A stretch of DNA of 64,000 bases from Deltaproteobacteria bacterium (GCA_029262475.1 JAJCZG010000122.1:31789-95788); one strand, 5' to 3'. Positions 29,041-38,813 are shown, counted from the stretch's first letter. Numbers and translations are program-made. Notes: a model not told the origin generated them from the sequence alone.

Positions 29041-30153
29041 ATGAAGAGATATTTATCCGGTATTGTTATCTCCATAAGTGTCTTTCTATTCTTCTCTTGT
29101 CTTCTCGCACCCTCCAGGGCTAATGGCGCAAGACTAAAGGAGATAAGCAAATACTATGGCATACGGAGCAACCATTTGATCGGCTACGGTCTCGTAGTCG
29201 GACTCGACGGGCTAGGCGATAAATCAGGAACCGGCTTTACCACCCAGAGCCTCGCAAATATGCTAAATAGACTCGGCGTAAGGGTCGATTCTAACGATAT
29301 CAGCGTCAAAAACGTCGCTTCGGTCATAGTGACAGCCGAGCTATCACCGTTAGATAAGATTGGTTCGACGATAGACGTAACGGTATCGTCCATAGGAGAT
29401 GCCAAGAGCCTGCAGGGCGGGACACTGCTCTTTACGCCGCTCTCAGGGGGCAACGGAGAGGTCTATGCCCTGGCGCAGGGTCCTGTTTCGGTTGGTGGCT
29501 TCCTCGGAGGAGGCGACGACGCAGGAACACAGAAGAACTTTCTTACGGTCGGCAGGGTTTCTGGCGGGGCGCTCGTGGAGAAGGATATCCCGCTTCGCTT
29601 CTCGGAGGATATATACCTTGTCCTAAATAACCCCGACTTCACCACCGCAAGCAGCGTTGCCAGGGAGATTAACGCCTCCATAGGCGATAGCGTGGCATTG
29701 CCGTATGACAGCGCAAAGGTGCTCGTAAATATACCGCAGAAGTATCACAATAATTTTGTCGATTTTCTGGCCATGGTAGAGCGCATTGAGGTCCCCGTCG
29801 ATACCGTCTCGCGCGTCGTGGTAAACGAGAGGACGGGCACTGTGGTGGTGGGAGAGAATGTACGCATATCCAAGGTCGCAGTCTCTCACGGTAACCTTAC
29901 CGTGGAGGTCGATACCTCCTATAATATTAGCCAGCCTACGCCCTTTAGCGGGGGAGAGACGGTCGTTCAGCCCGAACGGAGCGTAGTAGTGAACGAAGAA
30001 GAGGCGAGGCTCATCACCGTGGAGCCCAATACGCGCCTCGGAGAGCTGGTAGGCGCCTTAAACGCCCTCGGGGTAACACCAAGGGACCTTATATCCATAC
30101 TGCAGGCTATAAAGGCGGCAGGAGCCTTGCAGGCGGAACTTGAGCTTATTTAG
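29041..30153 (+). CDS. flgI: Flagellar P-ring protein FlgI
   Basis: Signal peptide plus RLKEISKYYGIRSNHLIGYGLVVGLDGLGDKSG (FlgI signature). Confidence 0.92.
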   Translation: MKRYLSGIVISISVFLFFSCLLAPSRANGARLKEISKYYGIRSNHLIGYGLVVGLDGLGDKSGTGFTTQSLANMLNRLGVRVDSNDISVKNVASVIVTAELSPLDKIGSTIDVTVSSIGDAKSLQGGTLLFTPLSGGNGEVYALAQGPVSVGGFLGGGDDAGTQKNFLTVGRVSGGALVEKDIPLRFSEDIYLVLNNPDFTTASSVAREINASIGDSVALPYDSAKVLVNIPQKYHNNFVDFLAMVERIEVPVDTVSRVVVNERTGTVVVGENVRISKVAVSHGNLTVEVDTSYNISQPTPFSGGETVVQPERSVVVNEEEARLITVEPNTRLGELVGALNALGVTPRDLISILQAIKAAGALQAELELI

Positions 30154-30173
30154 CCGGGAGCTAATTTAAGTAA

Positions 30174-31052
30174 ATGATCAAGATGGACGATATGATATCT
30201 AAGATAACAAACCCTTTTTCGAAGCTCAGCACCGGGGAAGGTGAGGCAAGTGCCATTCGCTCGACCAGAGATGGTGTGCACCCTGAGGTTGACGCAAAGC
30301 TTGAGAAGGCCGTAAGTGATTTCGAGTCAATATTTATCTATCAGATGCTCAAGGGTATGAGAAATAACGTCATGAAATCCGAGCTCTTCGGGGACGGCAA
30401 GACAGAGGAGATTTATACATCCATGCTCGACCAGGAGCTCTCGACGATTATGAGTAAGGATAAGGGAATGGGCTTAAAGGAGATGCTCTTAAGGCAGTTC
30501 AGCCCCGATACGCTAGGGAGCGATGCTACGAGGGGACTGCCGGGTGAGGAGGGGGAGAGAAGAATGCTCCCCGTAAAAAAGCCCGGTGCCGCTGCCATCA
30601 GGGAGTTCGAGGCGCATATGGACGCTCCTAAGGGCGCAGCCCCGGAAGCCTCGAAGATGGATACTAACTTTAAATCCCCGGTAAGAGGACGCATTTCTTC
30701 ACCTTACGGAATGAGGACGGACCCTTACACCGGAGAGTCGGCCTTTCATAAAGGCACGGATATTGCAGCTCCGGAAGGTACGCCTATTTACCCGACGATG
30801 GACGGCAAAGTGATATTTAGCGGTAAGAGGGGCGGCTACGGTAACGTTGTAGAGATAAAGCATGAGAACGGATATATTTCACGTTACGCTCATAACCGGA
30901 AAAACCTTGTAAACACTGGGGATCTGGTAAGCGTTAGAGAGAAGATAGCAGAAGTAGGAAGCTCCGGAAGGAGCACCGGCCCGCACCTCCACCTGGAGTT
31001 CAGGGTAGAAGGAATGGCCGTAAACCCTAACGAAATGGTGGACTTCGGTTAA
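30174..31052 (+). CDS. flgJ: FlgJ-like rod assembly protein: an N-terminal rod-binding domain fused to a C-terminal M23 (LytM) peptidase instead of a glucosaminidase
   Basis: Rod-binding motif (FESIFIYQMLKGMRN). M23 peptidase motifs (HKGTDIAAPEGTPIY...HLHLEF with the HxxxD / HxH zinc ligands). Confidence 0.75.
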   Translation: MIKMDDMISKITNPFSKLSTGEGEASAIRSTRDGVHPEVDAKLEKAVSDFESIFIYQMLKGMRNNVMKSELFGDGKTEEIYTSMLDQELSTIMSKDKGMGLKEMLLRQFSPDTLGSDATRGLPGEEGERRMLPVKKPGAAAIREFEAHMDAPKGAAPEASKMDTNFKSPVRGRISSPYGMRTDPYTGESAFHKGTDIAAPEGTPIYPTMDGKVIFSGKRGGYGNVVEIKHENGYISRYAHNRKNLVNTGDLVSVREKIAEVGSSGRSTGPHLHLEFRVEGMAVNPNEMVDFG

Positions 31053-31076
31053 AGTTATTCTTAGTGATGCCGATAT
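31050..31076 (+). promoter_or_regulatory. Sigma28 promoter for flgM: TAAA-N15-GCCGATAT, overlapping the flgJ stop codon
   Basis: TTAAAGTTATTCTTAGTGATGCCGATATAG is a near-perfect TAAA-N15-GCCGATAA, 125 nt upstream of flgM. Confidence 0.65.
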
Positions 31077-31201
31077 AGCATATGAGATACTTGTAAAGAG
31101 ACTTTCACACTAATCCGGGTCAACAGGGTTTTTGTTGAAAGTAAACTCTAAATGCTATATCCTATTAAGAATGAGTCTAATTATAATCGGAGGTAATTAT
31201 T

Positions 31202-31516
31202 ATGAAGATAGGTGATAAATCACTAATTAAACTGAACGGTCAGCTGAATAGCTCCGAGACGAAGGCCAAGGGCGGAAGTAAAGCCAAGGTCGCCGACTCC
31301 CAGGTGAGTTCTTCGGGCAAGACCGACAAGGTGGAGATTTCGAGCCGCTCACGGCAGGCACAACAGATTCGAGCGATAGTGGACACCACCCCCACTGAGC
31401 GCGAGGAGAAGGTGCAGGCCATCAAGAGTGAAGTTGATAACGGCACTTACAGGGTTGACAGCGACAAGGTCGCCCAAAAGGTGCTAGAGCGTGCTCTGAA
31501 GGACTCCGTCGTCTAA
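31202..31516 (+). CDS. flgM: Anti-sigma28 factor FlgM
   Basis: About 100 aa. C-terminal FlgM domain (RQAQQIRAIVDTTPTEREEKVQAIKSEVDNGTYRVDSDKVAQKVL). Confidence 0.85.
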   Translation: MKIGDKSLIKLNGQLNSSETKAKGGSKAKVADSQVSSSGKTDKVEISSRSRQAQQIRAIVDTTPTEREEKVQAIKSEVDNGTYRVDSDKVAQKVLERALKDSVV

Positions 31517-31527
31517 AGGCGTTTTAG

Positions 31528-32010
31528 ATGATTACAAAACTGATTGATATTCTCGACAGGGAGACTGTGCTCTACGGAGACCTCCTGGGCCTTTTGCAGG
31601 AAGAAAAAAGGCTTTTAAGCAGGCGTGACAAAGAAAAGCTCCACGCACTATCAACGGATATTGAGAAGTTGACCTTCAAGGCCAAGGGCCTTGAGACTTT
31701 AAGGGCCAGTATTATAGATGGCCTGGCCATTTCCTTCGGCATCGCGGATGCCGCTTCCACCACGGAAATTAATCTCACTACTATAATCGAATATACACCC
31801 GAACCTGAAAAGGACGAGCTAAAATCCATTCAGGCGAAACTCCTTGCCATTACCGACGGTATTGAGACCCTTAACAGGCAAAACAGCCTGATAATAGGCA
31901 AGGGTCTTGAGAATATCAAATCGGCATTCGAGTTTCTTCGTGAGATATCGTCTTTTGATACCTACCAGTCAAGCGGCAAGCTGGATCCGCATTTGGCGAA
32001 GAGGAGCTAG
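31528..32010 (+). CDS. flgN: FlgN-like export chaperone for hook-associated proteins
   Basis: Helical 160-aa protein between flgM and flgK. The N-terminus (LIDILDRETVLYGDLLGLLQEEKRLL) is typical of FlgN. Confidence 0.65.
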   Translation: MITKLIDILDRETVLYGDLLGLLQEEKRLLSRRDKEKLHALSTDIEKLTFKAKGLETLRASIIDGLAISFGIADAASTTEINLTTIIEYTPEPEKDELKSIQAKLLAITDGIETLNRQNSLIIGKGLENIKSAFEFLREISSFDTYQSSGKLDPHLAKRS

Positions 32011-32013
32011 AAG

Positions 32014-33663
32014 ATGGGTATTAATGACATAATGAGCATAGCCAGGGGCGCACTTTCAGCTAACCAGACGGCGTTAAATGTTACATCTAACAATATCTCC
32101 AACGTCAATACGCCGGGATATTCGCGCCAGAGGGTCGTTTTTGGTACCGGACCGAGCGTGCAGGAGGGCTCTAATGTTCTTGGCACGGGTGTTGTGGTTG
32201 AGGGTGTGGAGCGCGTATACGACCGTTTCGTAAACGCGCTTATTATAGAAGCAAAGGAGACGCTCTCCAGGCACACTGCCTCCCGGGAGTCGCTAAACCG
32301 CCTTGAATCCATCTTCTCGGATACACAGGGTAACGGGCTTGACGCAATCCTCCAGAACTTCTTTAACGGCCTTGAGGACGTAAGTAACGACCCCGAATCA
32401 TACGCCGCGAGGAGTGTTCTTCTGGCCAACGCCAATGTGCTTAGCGATAAGATAAGAAGCCTTGATACGAGGGCTAAGGCTGAGCTCTTTAATGTTGATA
32501 CACAGATTTCTGCGTCGGTGGATAATATTAACACCCTTGCCGGGAGGATAGGGGAGCTTAACGGTAAGATCCTCCAGGTGGAGATTCAAGGTCAACACGC
32601 CAATGAGCTCCGCGACGAGCGCACACGCCTCGTTGAGGAACTCGCCGGTGAGACCGATATCACAGTAATAGAGGACGATTCGGGAAACATAGACATACTT
32701 ATAGCAAGGGGTAACTCACTCATCGCAGGCACTTCGGTTACGGAACTGACCATGAGCAGCGCTGATGTGAACAATAAGGGCGCCAGGGAAATCCTTATCG
32801 GAGGGCAGAATATTTCATCCAGCATATCTTCGGGTAGACTTAAAGGGTTACTTGATGTTCGCTCCGGCCTATCGACTGAAACAATTGAAAAATTAGAGCT
32901 TTTAGCGGCAACAATCACAAAAGAGTTTAACATTCTTCATCGTCAGGGCTACGGCCTTGACGCGTCCACCGGCTTGGATTTATTTAACGCGCTTACTCCG
33001 TTTGAGAGTATAAACGCTAACAATACCGGCGACGCCGTGGTGAGCTCGTCCATATACGATCTTAACCTCGTCACCCTTGACGACTATGAGATAAGGTTCT
33101 CCTCCCCTACGACTTTTAATATTTATAATACCACCAAGGGCACTACCGTATCGAGCGCGGTAACATACACCTCCGGCTCTGATATTGATTTTGACGGAAT
33201 ACGCATGGTGATAAGCGATACTACCTTCGGCCCTAAATCCGGCGATTCTTTTACTGTGAGCACCACCAAAAACGCCTCCAGGCTTATGAGCGTATCGCTT
33301 ACCGACGCGGGGAAGTTCGCCGCCTCCAAGAGCTCACTTATGCTTCCCGGGGATAATACAAACGTCCTCGATATGACCGATCTCGAAGACGCAAAGATAC
33401 TTAGTTCATCGACGGCATCATTTAGCGATTATTTCAGAAGTATGGTCTCTGACATCGGCTCCGCCTCCTACCACGCGTCGATAAATGTGGACGGTCAGGA
33501 GATAGTTGTAAATAACCTTGAAAGCTACAGGGAGTCCATTACATCGGTCTCTATGGATGAAGAAGGGGTTAACCTCATCAAGTTCCAGCACGCCTATGAG
33601 GCGGCGGCAAGGGTGATATCGACAGTAGACTCACTCTACGAGACAATCTTAAGCTTGAGGTAG
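32014..33663 (+). CDS. flgK: Hook-associated protein 1 FlgK
   Basis: MGINDIMSIARGALSANQTALNVTSNNISNVNTPGYSRQRVVF...C-terminal LIKFQHAYEAAARVISTVDSLYETIL. Confidence 0.92.
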   Translation: MGINDIMSIARGALSANQTALNVTSNNISNVNTPGYSRQRVVFGTGPSVQEGSNVLGTGVVVEGVERVYDRFVNALIIEAKETLSRHTASRESLNRLESIFSDTQGNGLDAILQNFFNGLEDVSNDPESYAARSVLLANANVLSDKIRSLDTRAKAELFNVDTQISASVDNINTLAGRIGELNGKILQVEIQGQHANELRDERTRLVEELAGETDITVIEDDSGNIDILIARGNSLIAGTSVTELTMSSADVNNKGAREILIGGQNISSSISSGRLKGLLDVRSGLSTETIEKLELLAATITKEFNILHRQGYGLDASTGLDLFNALTPFESINANNTGDAVVSSSIYDLNLVTLDDYEIRFSSPTTFNIYNTTKGTTVSSAVTYTSGSDIDFDGIRMVISDTTFGPKSGDSFTVSTTKNASRLMSVSLTDAGKFAASKSSLMLPGDNTNVLDMTDLEDAKILSSSTASFSDYFRSMVSDIGSASYHASINVDGQEIVVNNLESYRESITSVSMDEEGVNLIKFQHAYEAAARVISTVDSLYETILSLR

Positions 33664-33668
33664 AGATT

Positions 33669-34556
33669 ATGCGTGTAACCAATACTATGATGCTCAAAAC
33701 GCTTACCGACGGTATCTACAAGGTCACCGCCGATCTGATGAAGAATCAGGAGAAGCTCTCAAGCGGAAAGCAGATAAACAGGGTCTCCGACGACCCGGTG
33801 GCATTTGGAGAGATAATGGAACATAAGGACCTGATAACGGCCCTTAACCAGTATTCGAGAAATATCGACTACGCCACCGAACAGCTCGAGCACGTTGAGA
33901 CCTCCACATCCAAGTTCACCGATTCCCTTATTCGTATTAAGGAACTCGCCGTCTCAATGGCGACCGGAACAGCCAGCACAGCCGGACGGCAAAATACCGT
34001 ATATGAGGTTCAGCTTCTTCAGGACCACCTGATAGATACGGCCAATGCCAATGTAAATAACAAATATCTCTTTTCAGGTTTCAAGACCGATGTAAAACCT
34101 TTCGACGCTGCCGGTACATATGCCGGGGACTCTAATGAGAGGGCGTTAAATATCGCACCAGGAACGAGGTTCGTGCACGGCTTTAGCGGTGAGAGGATAT
34201 TTAAGGGTGTAGGGAACCCAACCGGCGCGGATATATTCCAGATAGTGACGGATTTCGTTACGGCCCTTAATAATGACGATACGGCTGCCATTCAGGCATC
34301 CGTTGGGCAGATAGACGACGCCATACGCCAGATAGGGGACGCTACAAGCGAGATTGGCGCGCGTATATCCAGGTTGCAGGTACAAAAACAGAGCACAAAC
34401 GAATTCCTGCTTCAGACGAAGACGCTTTTATCCGATATAGAGGACACTGATATTACTGAAGTTGCAATCGCGTTATCATATAGCCAGAACTCTCTTGAGG
34501 CGTTACAGATGACGACCGCAAAATTCAGCAAGCTCAGTATCTTCAATTTCATATGA
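33669..34556 (+). CDS. flgL: Hook-associated protein 3 FlgL
   Basis: Flagellin-like N-terminus (MRVTNTMMLKTLTDGIYKV...SSGKQINRVSDDPVA) and its position after flgK. Confidence 0.88.
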   Translation: MRVTNTMMLKTLTDGIYKVTADLMKNQEKLSSGKQINRVSDDPVAFGEIMEHKDLITALNQYSRNIDYATEQLEHVETSTSKFTDSLIRIKELAVSMATGTASTAGRQNTVYEVQLLQDHLIDTANANVNNKYLFSGFKTDVKPFDAAGTYAGDSNERALNIAPGTRFVHGFSGERIFKGVGNPTGADIFQIVTDFVTALNNDDTAAIQASVGQIDDAIRQIGDATSEIGARISRLQVQKQSTNEFLLQTKTLLSDIEDTDITEVAIALSYSQNSLEALQMTTAKFSKLSIFNFI

Positions 34557-34650
34557 TAATGGCTGTAAATTAACCTTTAATAACGTAAAATTTTGAAAAA
34601 TCTTAGCTTTTAGCAAGATGCTTGAAAATTAATTTTGCCAGGAGGGCGTA

Positions 34651-34890
34651 ATGCTTGTATTGACAAGGAAGTCGGGACAAGGCATCTGGATTGGTGACGA
34701 TGTACGCGTAGTTGTGCTCGATGTGAAGGAAGGCCACGTAAGGCTTGGAATCGAGGCTTCGAGAACCACACCTATACATAGAGACGAAGTATATCAACGC
34801 ATTCAGGAGCAGAATAGAAGGAGTGCGGCAATGGTGCCGGCGAATCTTTTTGCCAATATTGGCAATATTAAAACGACGATAAAAAAATGA
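34651..34890 (+). CDS. csrA: Carbon storage regulator CsrA (RNA-binding translational repressor)
   Basis: MLVLTRKSGQGIWIGDDVRVVVLDVKEGHVRLGIEASRTTPIHRDEV is a CsrA signature. Confidence 0.92.
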   Translation: MLVLTRKSGQGIWIGDDVRVVVLDVKEGHVRLGIEASRTTPIHRDEVYQRIQEQNRRSAAMVPANLFANIGNIKTTIKK

Positions 34891-35384
34891 CCGATATGAT
34901 TAAAATAAAGACTTCCCGCTTTGGTGATATAGAGATTGCCGGGGATAAGGTAATCACTTTCCCCAATGCCATACCGGGCTTTGCTGGGCTAAAACGCTTT
35001 GTCTTGCTGGATCACGACGCCGAGGGTCTCTTCAAGTGGCTTCAGTCCGTCGATGACCCCGATCTTGCCTTCCTGCTCTCTCCGCCCAACTACTTTAAGG
35101 CCGAGTTCCGGCTCCCGGAGAAGGCCTATCCCATAACAAGGATAGACGTAAAGTCCCCGGATGAAGTGGTTGTGATGACGATGGTATGCGTTCCGCAAGA
35201 CGACAGCAGCCATTTTACGTTGAATTTTAAGGGGCCGATTGTATTTAACTACTCAAATATGATGGCTATACAGTATATTGTAGATACCGATGACCCTGAG
35301 TACCCGTGCGATTTCAGGGTGGATATCGTCAAAAGCGGGCAGGATGCAAATACCGGCTCCAGGAGCGCCACCGAAGAGCGCTGA
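34887..35384 (+). CDS. fliW: Flagellar assembly factor FliW (CsrA antagonist that binds flagellin)
   Basis: FliW motif (FGDIEIAGDKVITFPNAIPGFAGLKRFVLL). It overlaps the csrA stop codon. Confidence 0.88.
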   Translation: MTDMIKIKTSRFGDIEIAGDKVITFPNAIPGFAGLKRFVLLDHDAEGLFKWLQSVDDPDLAFLLSPPNYFKAEFRLPEKAYPITRIDVKSPDEVVVMTMVCVPQDDSSHFTLNFKGPIVFNYSNMMAIQYIVDTDDPEYPCDFRVDIVKSGQDANTGSRSATEER

Positions 35385-35390
35385 CACCAC

Positions 35391-35422
35391 GCTCCGGCTT
35401 CCTTGCCGGAGCGTTTGCCTTC
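35391..35422 (+). terminator. Possible weak terminator hairpin after fliW
   Basis: GCTCCGGC-ttccttg-CCGGAGC stem-loop followed by GTTTGCCTTCT. The U-tract is imperfect. Confidence 0.35.
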
Positions 35423-35437
35423 TAAATCTTTCATCTT

Positions 35438-35453
35438 CGGCACACTCCTTGCA
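35438..35453 (+). promoter_or_regulatory. Sigma54-type promoter upstream of pseB: cGGCAC-ACTCC-TTGCA
   Basis: GG and GC elements at the exact -24/-12 spacing (GGCAC-N5-TTGCA), about 90 nt upstream of the pseB ATG. Confidence 0.55.
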
Positions 35454-35543
35454 TTAATATAAATATTATTGTAAATTTCATTATAATAAGCTCGAGGCCA
35501 TCTATAGAGCCCGAGGCTTGTTAGTGGGGGGAGAGCTTTTAAT

Positions 35544-36527
35544 ATGGATCTTAACGGCAAGACAATACTCGTCACGGGCGGCACCGGTTCTTTTGGAAAG
35601 TTCTTTATAAAGAGCGTGCTTGAGAGGTTTTCCCCCAAACGACTTATCGTATTTAGCAGAGACGAGCTAAAACAGTTCGAGATGCAGCAGGAGTTTACAG
35701 ACCCGTCTCTTCGCTTTTTTATCGGGGACGTGAGGGATAAGGACAGACTCTACAGGGCATTCGACGGCGTAGATTACATAATCCACGCCGCAGCGCTTAA
35801 ACAGGTACCAGCCGCAGAATATAACCCATTCGAATTCATAAAGACCAATGTAATGGGGGCTCAGAATATCATCGACGTCGCCATAGATCTCGGCGTAAAG
35901 AAGGTGGTGGCTCTAAGCACCGATAAGGCCTGTAACCCCGCCAATCTCTACGGGGCGACTAAACTCTGTTCCGACAAGCTTTTTATCTCCGGCAACTCCT
36001 ATTCCGGAGAGAGTGGCGCGCGTTTTAGTGTAGTAAGATACGGAAACGTTGCCGGGAGCCGGGGAAGCGTGATACCCTTTTTCATGAAGATGAAGGAGAC
36101 GGGCATTCTCCCGATTACGGACGAACGCATGACGCGCTTCTGGATAACTCTTGAGGAGAGCGTAAACCTCGTCCTTCTGGCTATGGAGAAGATGTCGGGC
36201 GGCGAGATATTCGTCCCAAAAATTCCTTCTTCCACGGTCTTGGATATCGCCAAGGCGGTAAGCCCTGAGTCGAAGGTGGAGGTCGTAGGCATACGCCCTG
36301 GTGAAAAGCTCCACGAATCCCTCATCTCAACCGAGGAGGGAAGGATGACCTTCGAGTACGACGACTACTACATAATCCGCCCGAACTTTCCGTGGTGGAC
36401 CCTTAACGACCGATGTAAAGGCGGGCGCGAGGTAGATAAGGATTTTGTATATTCCAGCGACACAAATAGTAATTGGCTCTCCGTAGAAGATTTGCGCGAG
36501 ATGATTACAAAGGTAGCCTGTGGCTGA
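35544..36527 (+). CDS. pseB: UDP-GlcNAc 4,6-dehydratase (inverting) PseB/FlaA1
   Basis: N-terminus MDLNGKTILVTGGTGSFGKFFIKSVLERFSPKRLIVFSRDELKQ, and conservation throughout, typical of PseB. Confidence 0.9.
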   Translation: MDLNGKTILVTGGTGSFGKFFIKSVLERFSPKRLIVFSRDELKQFEMQQEFTDPSLRFFIGDVRDKDRLYRAFDGVDYIIHAAALKQVPAAEYNPFEFIKTNVMGAQNIIDVAIDLGVKKVVALSTDKACNPANLYGATKLCSDKLFISGNSYSGESGARFSVVRYGNVAGSRGSVIPFFMKMKETGILPITDERMTRFWITLEESVNLVLLAMEKMSGGEIFVPKIPSSTVLDIAKAVSPESKVEVVGIRPGEKLHESLISTEEGRMTFEYDDYYIIRPNFPWWTLNDRCKGGREVDKDFVYSSDTNSNWLSVEDLREMITKVACG

Positions 36528-37752
36528 TAAGAAGATATCATACGGACGGCAGTCGATAGACGAAACTGATATAGCCGCTGTAGCGAACTCGCTCTCATCC
36601 GACTTCCTTACGCAGGGCTCGGTTCAGGGGGAGTTCGAAGCGGCACTTGGCGAATATACAGGCGCAAAATACGCCGTTGTATGTTCATCGGGCAGCGCCG
36701 CTCTTCATCTCGCATATATGGCAGCCGGCCTTGGCGAGGGAGACGCGATAGTTACAACACCCAACACCTTTCTCGCAACACCCAATGCCGCTATACTTGC
36801 CGGTGCAAGACCTTTCTTTTCAGACATAGACCCGGAGACTCTAAATCTCTCGCTCGACCTTCTTGAAGACAATATCCCACGCTTACTAAAGAACGGAAGG
36901 TCGGTTAAGGCCGTAGTGCCGGTGCACTTCGCAGGTAATCCCGTGGATATGGAACGCCTCTCCGCAATTGCCGAAAAATTCGGCTTAATAGTAATCGAAG
37001 ACGCATGCCACGCCCTTGGAGCCGTATATTCCGGCACTAACGGCTCATCGGTTAAGGTCGGCTCGTCGAGAGACTCCGATATGACGGTATTTAGCTTCCA
37101 CCCCGTAAAATCCATTACAACGGGAGAAGGCGGGGCGATAACGACAAATAACCGCGACCTCTACGAAAGGCTTAAATGGCTCCGGTCGCACGGGGTTATA
37201 AGGGAGGCAGGTGAGTTCAAGTACGAGGATATCGCATCTTCGTCAACGACCCCGCCGCCCTGGTACCATGAGATGCATGAGCTTGGCCTTAATTACAGGT
37301 TAACCGACTTTCAGTGTGCCCTCGGGCTTAGCCAATTAAAGAAGCTCGACGGTTTTATCGGTAGAAGGGCGGAGATAAGCGAACTTTACGATACTTTATT
37401 TCGTTTTAGCGCCCCTATTACCCCGCCGCCGCGTCTGGTAAGGGGCACATCATCGCACCACCTCTATGTCATCCAAATCCCATTTGAAGAGATAGGCGTA
37501 GATAAGACCTTATGGTTTAACGATATGGCAGCCAGGGGGATAAACCTCCAGGTGCATTATATACCGGTTCACCTGCAGCCATACTACAGGGAGAGCTTCG
37601 GTTATGAGCCGGGCGACTTCCCGGCGGCTGAAAATTATTATAAACACGCGGTAAGTCTGCCGATATATCCTTCTCTTACCGATGAGGAGGTAGAAGAGAT
37701 TGCGCTTACAATTAAAAAAAGTTTAGGTATAGAGCCTTTCAGTAACTCATGA
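36520..37752 (+). CDS. pseC: DegT/DnrJ/EryC1-family PLP aminotransferase (PseC-like, for a UDP-4-keto-6-deoxy sugar)
   Basis: Family motifs (GRQSIDETDIAAV, FLTQG, a PLP-Lys region near SFHPVKSITTGEGG) and its position after pseB. Confidence 0.8.
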   Translation: MADKKISYGRQSIDETDIAAVANSLSSDFLTQGSVQGEFEAALGEYTGAKYAVVCSSGSAALHLAYMAAGLGEGDAIVTTPNTFLATPNAAILAGARPFFSDIDPETLNLSLDLLEDNIPRLLKNGRSVKAVVPVHFAGNPVDMERLSAIAEKFGLIVIEDACHALGAVYSGTNGSSVKVGSSRDSDMTVFSFHPVKSITTGEGGAITTNNRDLYERLKWLRSHGVIREAGEFKYEDIASSSTTPPPWYHEMHELGLNYRLTDFQCALGLSQLKKLDGFIGRRAEISELYDTLFRFSAPITPPPRLVRGTSSHHLYVIQIPFEEIGVDKTLWFNDMAARGINLQVHYIPVHLQPYYRESFGYEPGDFPAAENYYKHAVSLPIYPSLTDEEVEEIALTIKKSLGIEPFSNS

Positions 37753-38813
37753 AAAAGACCGCCATTATAGGTGTCGGAAGGGTAGCGGCACTCCTCGAAG
37801 ACGACAAGCTTCGTGAGAAACCGGCTACGCATATGGGCGCATACCTTGATTCTCCGGATTTTGAAGTCGTTGCCGCCGCTGATATCGACGCGGCGAGGCT
37901 TGCTACATTTGGAAAGCGCTACGGAATAAATAAACTCTATACCGATTATAGAGAGATGTTAAAGGAAGTAAGACCAGAGGTCGTGAGTATAGCCGCCTAC
38001 GCAACGGAACGCGCCGAGATGCTAAAGGCCGCGATACTTTCGGGCGTAAAGGGAATATGGTGCGAAAAGGCATTTGCCACATCCTTAGAGGAGGCCGACG
38101 AGATAGTAGCCCTTGCAAAAGAGCACGGGACGGTCATAACAGTATCTCATATGAGGCGCTGGAGCGCCGAACACATATTGGTCAAGGAACTCCTGGGTAG
38201 CGGAGCCATCGGGAGGCTCACTTCCATTTCAGCGTATTTCAGCGGAAGCCTCCTCCATACCGGCACTCACGCCTTCGACGTCCTCAGGTGGTTTGCCGGG
38301 GACGCATTATGGGTCGAGGGCTCGCTTGAGGGAGCCCCTGAGAGGTCAACCGAAGGCGATGAACCAGAGGAGAAAGACTTTTTGTGGTCTTTAGCTGGCG
38401 ACCCCGGCGGGCGCGCGGTTATTAGCTTCAAGGACGGTGTCTACGCCACTGTTCACGCGGAGTCTAAAAGCTATCTTCTCTTTGAATTCGACCTTATCGG
38501 CACCGAAGGCAGGATAAGGATAGGAAATAACGACGTACTTGAACTCTATACCCAGGGTGAAAGCCGCCATTACGAGGGAATAAGGGAACTGAGCCTTAGA
38601 GATTTTCCCGAGTTTAATAAAGCAAATATTTGGAGAGGTGCGGCGCGAAACCTCTCCGAGACAATCGACGGGCAGGCGACCAATATGAACCCGCCAGAGG
38701 ACGGGCGCGCGGCCCTGGAGCTGGCGCTGGCCATACATTTTTCTTCGTCTCTGGGAGGCCAAAGGGTACAACTGCCCCTTAAAGACCGATCCATTAAGGT
38801 CAACAGCAGATAA
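37749..38813 (+). CDS. Gfo/Idh/MocA-family NAD(P)-dependent oxidoreductase
   Basis: N-terminal Rossmann (KTAIIGVGRVAALLED) and a family C-terminal alpha/beta domain. The last roughly 14 codons lie inside tandem-repeat copy 1. Confidence 0.7.
   Translation: MKKTAIIGVGRVAALLEDDKLREKPATHMGAYLDSPDFEVVAAADIDAARLATFGKRYGINKLYTDYREMLKEVRPEVVSIAAYATERAEMLKAAILSGVKGIWCEKAFATSLEEADEIVALAKEHGTVITVSHMRRWSAEHILVKELLGSGAIGRLTSISAYFSGSLLHTGTHAFDVLRWFAGDALWVEGSLEGAPERSTEGDEPEEKDFLWSLAGDPGGRAVISFKDGVYATVHAESKSYLLFEFDLIGTEGRIRIGNNDVLELYTQGESRHYEGIRELSLRDFPEFNKANIWRGAARNLSETIDGQATNMNPPEDGRAALELALAIHFSSSLGGQRVQLPLKDRSIKVNSR

Noticed and set aside
35470-35500. Second hairpin GCTCGAGGC..GCCCGAGGC upstream of pseB
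   Set aside because: The two arms are direct, not inverted, repeats, so they cannot form a stable stem.
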